Notes: generated by a model not told the origin, from the sequence alone. Shown: positions 38,859 through 52,870, counted from the first letter of the stretch. The stretch is 64,000 nucleotides of DNA from Chiloscyllium plagiosum (GCF_004010195.1 NC_057730.1:34378923-34442922); one strand, 5' to 3'. Numbers and translations are program-made.

Positions 38859-39066
38859 AAATGGCCAGTTGAGAGCTGCACAGTTATCTCACGAGGGTTT
38901 TCAGGTGGAGGAGGTTAGAGACAGAAAAAGGGAAGGCAAATGCTGTGGGAGGATTTCAACAATAAGGACAAGTTCAGGATTTACAAAGTATAAGTAACCA
39001 ATTTATAATGTGGAAAACCTGAACAGTTATACAGAGAAAACACTGATTTCCTTTTAACTTAACCAG

Positions 39067-39211
39067 CTGTTGCTGCCAAGAAATGAAACCCAATTCTCCA
39101 GGGAATATCTTGGAATTCTGAGTAGAAAGAAAGTGGACCCACTGACTTTGGGCGATCATATTGACAGGCTCTGCAATCACACCTCTATTTATTGGCTGCA
39201 GAAAAGTAACA
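39067..39211 (+). CDS. BRICD5: BRICD5 exon 5 (LLLPRNETQFSREYLGIL...VDP..LG..I..LC....IYW)
   Basis: BRICHOS C-terminal motif LCNHTSIYW and A|GTAAGT donor. The acceptor position is less certain. Confidence 0.88.
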
Positions 39212-39629
39212 GTAAGTGTTGTATTTTTAAAGGGCTTTAACAATTGCAGTGTTATTTTATAAAACACTAAGTATCAGGGTTGGATTAGCTCCTTTTACTT
39301 ATTTCTGACGAACTCAGAATGTCAGTTGTGTAACTTTCCTTTTGCTCCTTTACATTAAACTCTATTCAATATTGTTCTTGGAGAAGAACATGATGCAGAT
39401 AATCCATTTAAAGACGCTCTAGCTCAACAAGTAACATAATTTTACTTGTAACTTGTTCAAGTGCCACTGAAGGGAGGTGTTTCATAAATTTTACAATACT
39501 GTGTCATGACCTTGTGGTACTGAATCAGCTCTGAAAAGGTGCGGCTATGCTGTATATTCAGTGAATAATTAAAGGTACATTAGTGATCCTAAGAACTGCG
39601 CTCCATTTGGCTGCTGATTTTTCTCATAA

Positions 39630-39746
<117 letters not shown>

Positions 39747-40192
39747 ACATTTCCTGCATTATTTCCTTACATTAACCTTTACGATGAACATAGCTGATTT
39801 GTTTTAAAAACAGTGACTTAATTGCTTTTCCCTTACTCTTACAATTCTGATTTCTTTCTTTCCCAATTCTTATTCAATGCTCCAACTATTAATTAATCAG
39901 CTTCAATGCAAGAATAGATAACAACCTATGTATGCCGGGGGGGTTGTTGTTGAAGGGGAGGAAGTTATTTTTGTTAGCCTGGTTAGTCTGTTGAATACAA
40001 AATGTCACTTCTTCCCTATTTCAGAATTAAACTATTTTGATATTGAAGTAGTAGTGGTTAAAAATCAACAAAATTCAAGATTTTACAATGACATCAGAGA
40101 ACTAGTTTCTTTATATAGTGCTTAATGCCATTGCCTATTTGTTACCCGATGTACCTCATCAATTTATATGTTTTTGAGGTTTCCAGAGAAAC

Positions 40193-40230
40193 AATAAAAC
40201 TGATGAACTCATCATGGATACATCTTTATT
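40193..40230. terminator. Opposed poly(A) signals: AATAAA (+, 40193-40198; BRICD5) and AATAAA (-, 40225-40230; possibly MLST8)
   Basis: aAATAAA-like acAATAAAactgatgaactcatcatggatacatcTTTATT lies between the two convergent stop codons. Confidence 0.5.
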
Positions 40231-41645
40231 GGCATAGTTTATAACATCCAGACATGGGATCACTTCATTGTCAAAGTCTCTAAACTGCACCCATTCACAG
40301 AACAAGGGAAGTGGGAGGGTAGAATAAGGCCACTCATTGCAAACTCAGTACTGATATGGAAGAGGTCCTTAATCTGAACCATACATGCAGAATACCAAAA
40401 ATATATGTGCTCAAAAAAAGTGAGACTGAAAAACGCATGTGCACTTCCTCAATGCTTTTCTTGATCCTGGATCTTTCTAGAGTGTTTTACACCCAAAGGA
40501 CTTTTGGGTATAGCCACTATTTTAGTTTAGAGAAAAAAGCATCAAATTTGCTTTTGTACACAGTGTATATTGCAAAAATGTTAAATCTGTTCCTCCATAG
40601 ATGTAATCTGACTAGTGGAGTATTTCTAACATTCTCTGTTTTTATTTCAGATTTCCAGTGTCTTCAGTAATTTACTTATGTGTATGTGCTGAAACGTTAC
40701 GTGGTTTTAAAACCATACAGTTATTCAGAGACAAAAAAGAAATAAGATTTGCACTTATAGAGTGCCATGTCTCCACAGGCCATTCCAAACATAACAGTTT
40801 AATGATAGGATATTATAGATTCTTTCTCCTCTCTCTCAAAAAAGGAAAGCAGCATCCAGTCAGGTGTAGAAATAATTTTTATTTGTCTATAATTTTAATG
40901 ATCTTACTCAGCATCAGGTTAATGTTTAGGGCATTCAATGATTGCACTGTAAACTCATTGGCCTATATTGTCTCAGTGCACAAAATGTTCAATGATTATG
41001 CTACTGGCACCAGGTATGCCCACTTCCTGCAAATCAAACAGCTTCCATTCAGGCTCCCACAACAAGTAGGAGTAAAAGCAAACCTGTTCATGCTGGAGTT
41101 CTAGAATTTTTGATCAGCTTCTATCAGAACTACTACACAGAAGGAAGTAACAACAGAGAACTTATGCTTTAACATTGCACAAGATATCCTTAATTTGTAC
41201 CTTCAAAAATACTCACACTGTTGTCACCAATAATAGACTTGTACTTACCAATACTTCCAGTATTAGAAAGTTCACAATATACATCTGACTGTCTAGGTTT
41301 GGAAGAATAGTATCTAGAATTGTGCTGCTGGACACTTCTTCACCATTCAGGTAGATACTGTGTGAAGGGTTCACTCATCCGTCGCTAACTTTATTGAAAC
41401 CTTGGTGTCAGAACTGATGCTTCTTGGGCTATTAATAACTGCCTCACAGGTCATGTGATGGTGAGCCTGCCAAAGATGCAACCACAAATGTTCCAGCATT
41501 CAGCAACTTAGACTGATCTCACAGAGACTTCCAATGAAAAACTTCAACTGGGAGTTCATTTAAAAAATAGCTTGGAATGGAAAAGGGAATGGGGCAAAGA
41601 CAGGGATGGAGGTGAGCTGGGAAATAAGCTTTTTTTTGGAAATCT

Positions 41646-41764
41646 TCAGCCCAGAACGCTGTCATTAAAGGCCAGGCACACGACTGCCTTCTGATGGCCA
41701 CTGTACTCTCGTTTAATTTCACCTGTCTCCACACACCACAGGCGCGCAAGGTTATCTGAAGAGG
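41646..41764 (-). CDS. MLST8: mTOR-associated protein LST8, last coding exon
   Basis: [39 protein letters not shown]; acceptor ctcgctcacag|. Confidence 0.98.
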
Positions 41765-41932
41765 CTGTGAGCGAGAAAAATAACATTATTCTTCAGTACG
41801 CATAGAATGCTCATCGGCCATCAATTTAGTCTTCTGGATTAAAACATTATAACATACTCTATAAAGGTCTTGAGCTCACTGCTGGATAAAGTCAGTTACC
41901 TAAATGGATTTATGCAGAAGTGGGTACGGTAG

Positions 41933-43185
41933 ATAGAACATAGAACAATACAGCACAGAACAGGCCTTTCAGTCCTCAATGTTGAGCTGACCTGTGAACT
42001 ATTCTCAGCTTGTCCCCCTACACTATCCCAAAATCATCCATGTGCTGATCCAAGGACTGTTTAAATCTCCCTAATGTGGCTGAGTTAACTACATTGGCAG
42101 GCAGGGCATTCCATGCCCTTACCATTGTCTGAGTAAATAACCTGCCTCTGACATCTGTCTTAAATCTATCACCCCTCAATTTGTAGTTATGCCCCCTCGT
42201 ACAAGCTGACGTCATCATCCTAGGAAAAAGACTTTCACTGTCTACCCTCTGATCATCTTGTATGTCTCTATCAAATCCCCTCTTAGCCTTCATCTTTCCA
42301 ATGAGAATAGACTCAAGTCTCTCAGCCTTTCCTCGTAAGACCTTCCTTTCAGACCAGGCAACATCCTGGTAAATCTCCTCTGCACCTTTTCAAATGCTTC
42401 CACATCCTTCCCAAAATATGGCGACCAGAACTGTATGGTGCGGCCACACCAGCGTTTTGTTCCGTTGCAGCATGATATTGCGGCTCTGGACCTCAATCCC
42501 TCTACGAATGAGACCCAACACACCATACGCCTTCTTAACAGCACTATCCACCTGGGTGGCAACTTTCAGGGATCTATGCACATGGACTCCAAGATCCCTC
42601 TGCACGTCCACACTTCCAACAATCTTTCCATTGACCCAGTACTCTGCCTTCCTGTTATTCTTCCCAAAGTGCATCACCTCACATTTAGCTACATTGAACT
42701 CCATTTGCCACCTCTCAGCCCAATTCTGCAGTTTATCCAAGTCCCCCTGCAACCTATAACTTTCTTCCAAACTGTTGACTACTCCACCAACTTTAGTGTC
42801 ATCTGCAAATTTACTAATCCATCCACCTATGCCTGCGTCTCAGTCATTTATAAAAATGACAAACAGCAGTGGTCCCAAAACAGATCCTTGTGGCACACCC
42901 ACTAGTAACTGGACTCCAGGCTGAATATTTTCCATCAACCACCACTCGCTGCCTTCTTTCAGGAAGCCAATTTCTTATCCAAACTGTTAAATCACCCTGA
43001 TCCCATGCCTCTGCATTTTCTCCAACAGCCTACCATGTGGAACCTTATCAAAGGCTTTACTGAAGTCTATGTATACCACGTCTACTGCCCTACCCTCATC
43101 TACATTCTTGGTCACCTTCTCAAAAAACTCAACGAAGTTTGTAAGACACGACCTGCCCTTGACAAGACCATGTTGACTATCAGAA
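41933..43185 (-). mobile_element. CR1/HER1 LINE RT to 3' end
   Basis: SQHGLVKGRSCLTN, DFSKAFDKVPH, WQMEFNVAKCEVMHFG; ctatgtt tail. Confidence 0.92.
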
Positions 43186-43191
43186 ATCAAA

Positions 43192-43376
43192 TCAGATGCT
43201 GGAGATCAGAGTCAAGATTAGAGTGGTGCTGGAAAAGCACAGCAGGTCAGGCAGCATCTGAGGAGCAGGAAAATTGACAGTCTGGGCAAAACCCGATGAA
43301 GGGCTTTTGCCTGAATCGTCGATTTTCCTGCTTCTCGGATGCTGTCTGACCTGCTGTGCTTTTCCAGCACCACTTT
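43192..43376. mobile_element. Fold-back PLE-derived element at the CR1 5' truncation point
   Basis: agtggtgctggaaaagcacagcaggtcag...ctgacctgctgtgcttttccagcaccact, with a degenerate hammerhead at about 43293-43320. Confidence 0.8.
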
Positions 43377-44161
43377 TACCTAAATGGTTTTGCCAAGTCA
43401 GTGTACTTTTAAAAGATATGATTTGCATTTACACAGCATCTTTCACAATCTCAAACAGGTTTCAATATGTTTTAAAGCCAATCAAGTATTTTGAAGTGTA
43501 ATAATTATTTATCCAAATAAATACAGCAGTCAACTTTTTGACAGGGGTGGTCTCACAAACAGCAATGTCATACATGACTAGTCTATCTATTTCAGCAATG
43601 TTGTTTAAGAGACAAATACTCAGCTGTACTGTGGAAGAACATCCCTGCTAGTTCTCAAAGTTTACTCCAGAATCCTTTGTGCCCAGGTGAGGTCAGCTGG
43701 GGCTTCATCTTAATGTCTCACCTGAAAGTCAACAACTCTAACAGTGTGGTCATCTGTCAGTACTAATCTGGTGCGTCACCTTAGATTATGTGTTCAAGTC
43801 TTGGAGCAGGACTTGACTTTACAACCTTCCAATTCAAGGCTATTGAGCAAAGCTTGGTTTGAAAAACAGAGTATGTTTAGGTCTTTAAGGCACAAATAGA
43901 GTTTTATTTCAAACTCCTCGAAACTGCTCTGCTATCTGACACTTCCACAATACTAATCTGTAAGATCTCATTTTGACATCATAATTAAGAGCAATGAATC
44001 AAGATTTTTTTTAAAGAGGTCCAAATCACAAATGTTTCCATGAAATCAATTTTAAGTTGGAGTGAATCATTCATTTTCACAAACCTGATGATAATACCAG
44101 AACAGTTCTAGGCAGAGCTAAAAATGGAACCATTTCCTTCCTTGTATGGTACTCTTCTTAC

Positions 44162-44325
44162 CTGTGACAATATATTGTGAATCCCCAGAGAATGCACAGT
44201 CCCACATCCAGCCTCGTGATGTCTCTCCTGGATTGTTGCTCTTGATGCTAAGCTCTGTCATCAGCGAAAAATTTGAAGTCCTCCATATTTTACAGGTCTG
44301 GTCAGCTGAGCATGTAGCAAGAAGT
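44162..44325 (-). CDS. MLST8: MLST8 coding exon 7
   Basis: [54 protein letters not shown]; AG/GT boundaries; 164 nt. Confidence 0.98.
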
Positions 44326-44689
44326 CTAACAGGAAATAGTAACTGGACTTGTAATGGGATCATAATATAGTAAACAAGAATACATATTAACAGGATGATT
44401 TCAAGCAGGCTTATTATAAAACACATTATTAACAGTGTGATTAAAGTGGAATCAACTTATAATATGCAACAATAGAGAGTACGAGAGGGTTTGTTCTAAA
44501 ATACTCAAAGCTTTGTTAGCCTGAGCCTTCTCTGTGGCAGCTTATCTGACATAGTCAGGTGGTTTTAATATCAATGATGTATCGCCAGAAAGGACAGCAC
44601 AAGTCATTTGGTTCTGATTAGTTCTTCCTTCAATTGCTTGTGCTTGTCCAGATATCTGAACGCAGGCTGTAAGAAGGTCAGGAGCTGAG

Positions 44690-45080
44690 TGGCACTGGCA
44701 GCACCCAAACTGGGCATCATTGAGCAGGTTACTGCTGAGCAGATACTACTTGACAGCACTGTTGACGATCTCTTCCATCAGTTTACTGATGAACAAAAGG
44801 AGACTGATGGGGCAACAATTGGTTGAACTAGATTTGTCCTGTTTTTTGGGTATAAGGCATACCTGGGAAACTTTCCACATTAGTGGGTAGATATCAATGT
44901 TGGAACTGTACTGGAATAGCTTGACGAGGGGCATGTCAAGTTCTACAGCATAAGTCTTCTGTACTATTCCTGGAATGTTGTCAGGACCTATAACCTTTGT
45001 ATTACCCAGTACCTCCAAATGTTTCTTGATATCAGATGGATTGATGCAAATTGGCTGAGGACAGACATCTCTAATACTGG
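44690..45080 (-). mobile_element. LINE RT fragment (same family as 5745-8345)
   Basis: GPDNIP...WKVSQVCLIPKK...PISLL..ISKLME. Confidence 0.75.
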
Positions 45081-45444
45081 AGAGACCTGTACCTTGCAGG
45101 ACTATGCAGATGGAGAAGCAATATGGAACTGTCTGGATTTCTCCACAGAGAGCCAGTGATGAAGCTGAATGGCTTCCTTAGGTGCCATAAATGAACTCTG
45201 CTAACTTTTCTGATAGTATTGACTAAGGGAGTAAACCACCTCCTCCAAAGAAGGAGGAGTGAACATCAGTGTGACCACAGAGAAGCACCACTGACTTCCC
45301 GATATAAAGTGTGATGGAAGGAAGGAAGCATCAATGTCGTTGAGTACTTGAAGTAGTGAAACAAGGCAAGTACCGGTAACAAATACCGTAGGAGAGTGTC
45401 TACTGATTCAGTACAAAGTTTGGGGCAGAATTATTTCATCATGT

Positions 45445-45737
45445 CAGATGTTGTGAAACTTGAAACGGTTCAGAAAAGATTTACAAGGATGTTGCCAGGG
45501 TTGGAGGATTTGAGCTATAGGAAGAGGCTGAACAGGCTGGGGCTGTTTTCCCTGGAGCTACAATTGCAACATTTAAGAGGCATTTGGATGGGTATATGAA
45601 TGGGAAGGGTTTGGAGGGATATGGGCCGGGTGCTGGCAGGTGGGACTAGATTGGGTTAGGATGTCTGGTCGGCGTGGACAGGTTGGACCGAAGGGTCTGT
45701 TTCCATGCTGTACATCTCTTTGATTCTATGACTCTAT
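45445..45737 (+). mobile_element. Internally deleted CR1 3' fragment
   Basis: DVVKLETVQKRFTRMLPGL, then the tail ...gattctatgactctatg. Confidence 0.8.
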
Positions 45738-45933
45738 GTCCAGTCTTTTACTAGACTTTATATTAAGTAAAATAGAGGGATGAAGAAAATTGCAAACTTT
45801 TCAGACATTTATTACTTGAAACAGTTAATCTGAAGTGTGTTGTTGGCCTATTTGGGTACAACTTACACATGCATCGATTTATTATTCCTACTGCACACTT
45901 TCAAAGAGAGTAGGGTCATTGATGGTCGCCTAT

Positions 45934-46247
45934 GGGCAGCACGGTGGCTCAGTGGTTAACACTGCTGCCTCACATCAGGGACCCAGGTTCGATTCCCACC
46001 TTGGGTAACTGTCTGTGTGAAGTTTGCACATTCTCCCCTTGTCTGCATGGGTTTCCTCCAGGTGCTCCGGTTTCCTCCACAGTCCAAAAAGATGTGCAGG
46101 TCAGGTGAATCGGCCATGTTAAATTGCCCATAGTGTTAGGTGCACTTGGGGTAGGGGATTGGGTCTGGGTGGGTTACTCTTCAGAGGGTCGGTGTGGACC
46201 TGTTGGGCCAAAGGGCCTGTTTCCATAGCGTAATGAATCTAATCTAA
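45934..46247 (+). mobile_element. Near full-length HE1-type tRNA/V-SINE
   Basis: A-box tggctcagtgg, B-box ggttcgattcc, V-domain, CR1-derived tail and (aatct)n end. Confidence 0.88.
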
Positions 46248-46641
46248 ACTATACTTGCTTGCAGATTAATCTAAAAACATACATAAAGCTGCAACAGACC
46301 CAGGGGACCATACGGCTGCGTTCTTATTAGAGAGATACGACTGGTGGTGATTTAATTTGAGGGTCACCGTTCCTCAGGTGAGGAGCAAGGTCAAGAAGGT
46401 GGGACTTTCATGGGGACCTTAGCTGGTATGGGAATTAAACCCATGTTGTTAGCATCATTCTGCATCACAAACCAGCCATCCAGCCAAGTAATGCAGTCAG
46501 TCATGTTTTGGGTCTCAGGAAACAAAGTACTTTGCAGTAGGAATAAGATGAACTATCGTCCCCAATACATTTCAGACCCACTTATGACACTGAGCAGAGT
46601 TTGACAGCAGGTTAGGAAAACACAGAAACAGAAGGACCTAC

Positions 46642-46766
46642 GTGGAATCAGGGCTGAATTTGCAGCGGAGAGCATATCGTTTGTGAGCTGGGATCTTGGT
46701 CTTGGGAATGAGCTGAGTGACATCATCACCAATTCCACCTGTCAGGTTCCACACATAACAATTACC
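46642..46766 (-). CDS. MLST8: MLST8 coding exon 6
   Basis: [42 protein letters not shown]; 125 nt. Confidence 0.98.
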
Positions 46767-47069
46767 CTGGAGATAAAGAAAAAACAGAAATCAATTCATC
46801 TGTTAAGCTTTTATGGATAGTATTGACCTAGGGAGGAAACCAACCTCTCCAAAGAGAATAAGATTAGCAGAAGCACAAGGAGGCCGAACATCAATGTGAC
46901 GAACAAAAAAAAATACTATTGACTTCCACCATAAAGTTTTATAGATAAGGTAGAAGAGCTCAGTGCCACTGTGTACTGAAATTGTAGTGAAACAAGTGTG
47001 AAGCAGGAAAAAACACCAGGTCGACAATTGGTTGCATAACACCCCATCATTCATCTATGATTTTCTAAT

Positions 47070-47402
47070 TTATAGATAAGATGAATAGCAAGGGTCTTTT
47101 CCTAGCATGGGGGCAGTTCAAAACTAGGGGACATATTTTTAAGGTGTGAGGAGCAAAATTTAAAAAGGACTCTAGGGGTAATGGTTGTACACAGAGAGCA
47201 ATTCATACATGGAATGAACTGCCAGAGGAAGTAGTGGATGCAAGTAGAGTTACAATATTTAAGATACATTTTGATAAGTACAGGAATTGGAAAGGTTTGA
47301 AGGGGATTAGTCCTACTTGCCTGCATTTGGCCCAAGTTTGGTTTGGGAACATGGTCAACTGAAGGGTCTGTTCCCATGCTGTATGACTCTTATAACTCTA
47401 TG
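47070..47402 (+). mobile_element. CR1 3' fragment
   Basis: Ends gggtctgttcccatgctgtatgactct. Confidence 0.75.
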
Positions 47403-47456
47403 CCTCAATCTGGTTTTGACACAAATGAAGATATGTTCTACTCATGGTTTACTTAC

Positions 47457-47609
47457 TGAACTATTGATAGCTGCCATGTAACTCGCATCTGGATCGATGT
47501 GTACTGCATTGACTGAAACATCTGGCTCTGGAATCAGCTGCTCGTTGTGGTCAGTTTTCAGATCCCAGATGTGAATGGCACCACTCTGATCACCAACTAT
47601 CAGTTCTGC
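47457..47609 (-). CDS. MLST8: MLST8 coding exon 5
   Basis: [51 protein letters not shown]; 153 nt. Confidence 0.98.
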
Positions 47610-49925
47610 CTGTAAAACAATGGTGGCAACATCCCATGAACATTATCCATATGGTCCAGAGTCCAAAACAGAGTTTTATGTTCTACAATAGGGGTAAGAT
47701 GGTGAGCAAATAAAGACACCAGGAGCTGATGCTATTAACATTCTTGAATAGAACAACTTTTGCTATGACACTCAGACATTCGTAGGAATTAAACATTTCA
47801 CTTATAAGCAATTCAGTGGTTGTTCTCCTTAAAGCAGAGAAATATAATGAGAGGTATTCAAAATTCTGAGGCCATTTTGATAGATTAGATAAGAAAATAC
47901 AGATTTAAACATCTTTGGCAAAAGTATCAGGGAAGATGAGGGGACAGCACATTATGGTGATTTGGAATGCACGTCCATAAAGATGGAGGAAGCAGATTCA
48001 ATAATATTTTTCAAAAAGGAATTAGATTTATATTTCCCCAGGAAAATTTAGCACAGCTTTATGGATGGAGTGGAGCGGGGTGGAGAGCTCTTTCAAAGAG
48101 CTAGCACAGGAGAATGGCTTCCCATTGTAATGAGAGAGTTTATCACTAATCCAATCTCTAAACGAATATTCTACTTATTCTATATCCCATTATATGAAGA
48201 TATAGTTAGTAACTGAAGCATACATCAGCATTGAAATTCAGACCTTCAGTTGCCCTGCTACACCCTAACTATTACTATCCAGCCATCATATGCTTTTTCA
48301 CATTGTTATCTTCTTCAACCTGTTACAAAACCTGAACTTATCTGATTTCTGGCAAAGACTTTATTTCTCAGCAGGCCCTGAAGTCCGAGCACATACTCGG
48401 AAGAGTAATGCGGCAGGATACATTTGCTTTCTGTCTTTCCGTTTTACATTTAAAGGGCTTGACCATCAGGGTGTCAGAAGTGCACCTATAGGATTGCAGA
48501 GGACGCAGAACTGGGCATGAGATATGGACTGGTGCAAATCCATGGCACAAAACCCAGGACAATGATAAAGAGCAAATGAACAGCAACTGGGAGAATGAGA
48601 CCTATCCTGAAAAGTTGTCTTTTAACAGATTCTAAGCAGTTAGGGTTCAGAGAAGTCAAGGGAGCCAGAAGATGCAGTTAAGTGTTGGGGTAAGGCTCAG
48701 GAAAAGTGCAGGAGTCACAGGAGCTTGAAAGAACCCCGAAGGTCACTACCTTGTTTTGAGAAGCTGTGACAGGTGTGATGGAAGCCCATGAGCAGTATTT
48801 GTTCGCAACAGCTGAGAAAGACTGGAGCTCAGAGAAACCCAGGGACAGTGCTCGCTTCCAGAAACTAGCAGCCAGTGAAAAAGTTAAAATTGTATCTTTA
48901 TGTAGGTGCTGGAATGCAGTCTCAAGAATCCAGGGGAGACAATGTCAGAAGAGGAGTTTAAGGTGCCAGGATGTGAACAATCATCGAGGCTGCCCATAAA
49001 GAAATTACTTCAGAGGGAATTCGAGGCTGAGTTTTTGGAAGTGAAGAACTAGAATCCTTTATAAAGAGAGGTACGGTGACATTGACATTTGGGAGGATTT
49101 CAGAGAAGATAGGGATGTCTCTTGAAAAGTTTGTATCTTGACGTGCTCTATGGGGTAATTCAACCATGGTTTGTCTAAAATCCATAATTATCTTTTTATT
49201 TCTGAACGATTTGAGAATATAAATTGCATATTTAAAAATCAAGTGTTCCACCATTCTAGTTTTGTATAGTAAAGTTCATTTCATTTATTCAAAATCATTG
49301 AAACTGGTGGCTTTATTTTCTTCAGAAGTACTTGGAAATCACTTTTCATCTACTTCAAAAAAACCTTATTCTTTTCTAGCCAACTTGTAACATAAATTTG
49401 GTGGTCTTGTCAGAGGTCATAACAATCTCCGTCCTTTTGTTTCATTTGCTCAAATTTAAAGACTGACTTCAATTTAGGTTGTATATATTGGTCATTTTTG
49501 CTGATTTGAAATAGTTATTACTTTCTTCAACACATGTACAATGTCCAGCACTAAAAAAACTTTGCTCTAACATTATAATTATCACCAGGGCATTGAATCA
49601 TATCTAAATTCTTGATTTTCATAAGATAAACTTTCAATGCTTAGGCTGAATTTGTAGGTCAGGAGCTACTGAAACAAAACAGTTTAAGTCAGGCTGGATC
49701 AGACCAACGATCCAATCAGTACCAACAAATTATTAAAGAGACTTTGCAGAGGACAGCAGCGCCACACACTGGCAGGAAATGTTTACTGTGGCAAAATTGA
49801 AAGATAAGATTTCCAGCTTTAACGATTTGCATGTCTCCATTGGAAACAACACAAATTTAGCTTCTCAGGGTGAGGTGACAGGCAAAGCCTGTTTGCAGTT
49901 TTGGGCATGCAATGTTTCCCCTTAC

Positions 49926-50001
49926 CTGATTGGGATGCAGGCAGACACAATTAATAGGAGCATTGACCTGGAAGATTCTCTGACACTGCAGGTTACGTGA
50001 C
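49926..50001 (-). CDS. MLST8: MLST8 coding exon 4
   Basis: [25 protein letters not shown]; 76 nt. Confidence 0.98.
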
Positions 50002-50127
50002 CTGTTGAGGGGGAAAGATTTCAATCCAAGTTTGAGATGAAAAACAACTTGTACTTATCTAGCATCTTTAATATAACTTCCTAAGGCACTGTGAAGCAGC
50101 ATTATAAAACAAAACAAAGTTATTTGC

Positions 50128-50350
50128 ATAGCCCAGAGCATCACAGAAGCCAACCTCCCATCCATGGACTCTATTTACACTTGCCATTGCTATGGAAAGG
50201 GTGCCAACATTATCAAAGACCCCTCCCACCCCGGTCATGCTCCCCTACAACCTCTTCCATTGGGCAGAGGATACAGAAGCTTGAAAACACACACACACAC
50301 ACCCCAACAGGTTCAAGAACAGCTTCTTCCCTCCCATTATTAGGCTGATT
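50128..50350 (+). mobile_element. Rex1/Babar-type LINE 3' fragment
   Basis: Translates to NIIKDPSHPGHAPLQPLPLGRGYRSL...NRFKNSFFP, typical of the C-terminus of this LINE group. Confidence 0.7.
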
Positions 50351-51689
50351 AACTCACTAACTTAAAAGTTTAACTGAAGAGGTAGGTTTTAAAAAGTGGA
50401 CCTTAAAGGAGCAAAGGGAGGCTAAGATGTTTAGAGAGGGACCTCAAACCTTAGGGCTCGGACAACTAAAGGGATATCCATCAATGGTGAGGTGATTTTT
50501 TTTATTTATGCATTCAGAAACATGGTGGTCTTTGGCTAGACCTGTATTTATTGCCTGTCCCTAATTGCCCTTGAACTACACAAGAAGATTAGAATTACAG
50601 AAATGCAGAAACATTGGTATACTGTGGACCTGGAGAAAGTTGCATAAATAAGCAATGCAAAGACTATGAAAGATTGCATGAACTTGAAAAATCATGGTAA
50701 ATAAATCTGAAGATTCATAATAGAAATAAAAATAGATTCAATGGTTTGACTCATGCACACCCTCCACCCCATCAGGATTTCTCTCAGGTAATTGGCTAGG
50801 CTGAGCCACACATCACTAGTGAGCAAGTGCTGGAGACAGGGACAGTAGTGGCAAGGCAAATCTCTGTCAGAGGTGTGGGACACTTTAAGCTCTGAGAGAG
50901 AGGCTAAATGTTGGCTTGGAATAGAGAGTACATGACCAGCATGATTACGTGACCAAGATGGTGCCAGAAAATGGTGACCCTGTACATCTTTTCACTGTAC
51001 TTACACATTTGTATATGTGACAATAAAATCTAATTCTCACTCTAAATGACAGGAGTAGCAAATGAGCAGCAAGTGCCAGTGAAATGGAAAGATTATTGAC
51101 TATAGAAATGCTTCAAACTGGGCTAGGCGAAAGAAGAGACCAGTGGGAACAGCTGACAAGCCAGGTGTCTACATAGCCTTAGCTGCAAAACACCTAACTG
51201 GACATCACTGGTAACTAGGTATGCAGCTGCAGGCAGCCTGGCAAAATCAGACTTCTCTTCCTCTTGGTGCTAATCCTCTTCATCTAAAGATAAGCGTGAT
51301 CATCACATTTGTCTCCTGCAGCTCCAATCCTTTCTGCTCTGCCATGTTTTTCAAAGTATATTAGTTCACTATAATTTGATACATATTGTGCATACTGAAA
51401 GGTGGTTACTATCTGTCCAGGTAACTCAATCACACTTCAACAGCCTAAATGTTTACACAATAACCATCCTTGTTCATGTGGCTTCTGTTATATCTTTCCT
51501 GTACACTAATGCACAATTAGACCCCCTCACAGGCATCATTAGCAATATCTGCAGAGGTTATTCCTTGTCTCAAATGAGCCTTCTGTTAAGTCGTTTTGGA
51601 GTTTGGAAGATCCTTGAGGGACCTAACTGATGCAGAATGAAATGTACCATGGCATGCTTCGTAAATATTTTACACAGATATGCACCCAA

Positions 51690-52870
51690 CCTGATCCATT
51701 CCCTTATTCCTCCACACTTCCCCTGGCTAATGCACCCAACATTACGGGGTAATTTAGCATGGTCAATCCACCTGACCTGCACATCTTTGGATTGTGGAGG
51801 AAACCGGAGCACCCAGAGGAAACTCATGCAGACATGGGGAGAATGTGCAAACTCTACACAGACACTTGCCCGAGCCTGGAATCGAATCAGGGTCCTTGGT
51901 GCTGTGAGGCTGCAATGCTAACCATTGAGCCACCGTGGCACCCCCTTCTTTACTCCTAAATGCTCCTAGTTTCCTTGAAGATGCCTGGGTTGCCTGATGG
52001 GTGCAATCTGACTTTCTAGACTTGTAGGAATCCAGTCACTGCATCTAACACAAGGGCCCTCTCATTACAACTGGCTTTCTAAGTTGCAAAAATGGTTGAA
52101 AGTGGCAGCCTTTGCAAACATGACAGGAGCCTGGAAGATAAACTGTTGTAGTACAAATTGTGAAATTCTTCAATGTTACCAGCTGATGGCTGGAAGAAGT
52201 TGAAGTCAAAGAAATCTGGCACCTTGACCACAACTAGAAGTATATGCCTACATGACTCAGTGGACAGTAAATCTTCCAGAACATTGCAGATGTGTGCAAC
52301 AATCATAATCTTCATATGGATTTGCAACATGCACAGCAAATCCTCTTTTAAACAGGCTGCCTCAACTTCTAGGAGGGCAAGGGCATGGAAAAACCACTAC
52401 AGGGCCGCTTCTAAGTGGTCTACCATTCTGATATCGTTATTCCTTCACTATCACTGCATCAAAAACCAAGGACTCCCTTCCTAATGGCACTGTGGGTTAT
52501 TGACATCAAATTGATTGCAGAGGTACAAGGAGGAGGCACGGTGTCTCAGTGGTTAGCACTGCTGCCTCACAGTGCCAGAGACCCAGGTTCAATTCCTACT
52601 TCGGGCAAATGTCTGTGTGGAGTTTGCACATTCTCCCTGTGGGTTTTCTCCGGGTGCTCTGGTTTCTTCCCACAGTCCAAAGATGTGCAGATTAGGTGAA
52701 TTGGCCATGCTAAATTGCCCGTAGTGTTAGGTAGATTAGTCAGGGTGAATGTAGGGGATTAGGTCTGGGTTGGTTGCTCTTCAGAAGGTCAGTGTGGACT
52801 TGTTGGGCCGAAGGGCCTGTTTCCACACTGTAGAGAACCTAATCGAAAAATCTAGTGAATCTAATCTAAT
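51690..52870. mobile_element. Two HE1-type SINEs in opposite orientation (about 51690-51944 minus; about 52532-52870 plus)
   Basis: Both match the 45934-46247 copy. Confidence 0.85.

Noticed and set aside
39045-39066. U12-like branch motif (tccttttaac) before BRICD5 exon 5
   Set aside because: The match is imperfect, and the paired donor GTATAA lacks the GTATCC signature.
45934-46000. tRNA-like A and B boxes
   Set aside because: They are SINE heads continuing into the V-domain and CR1 tail, not tRNA genes.
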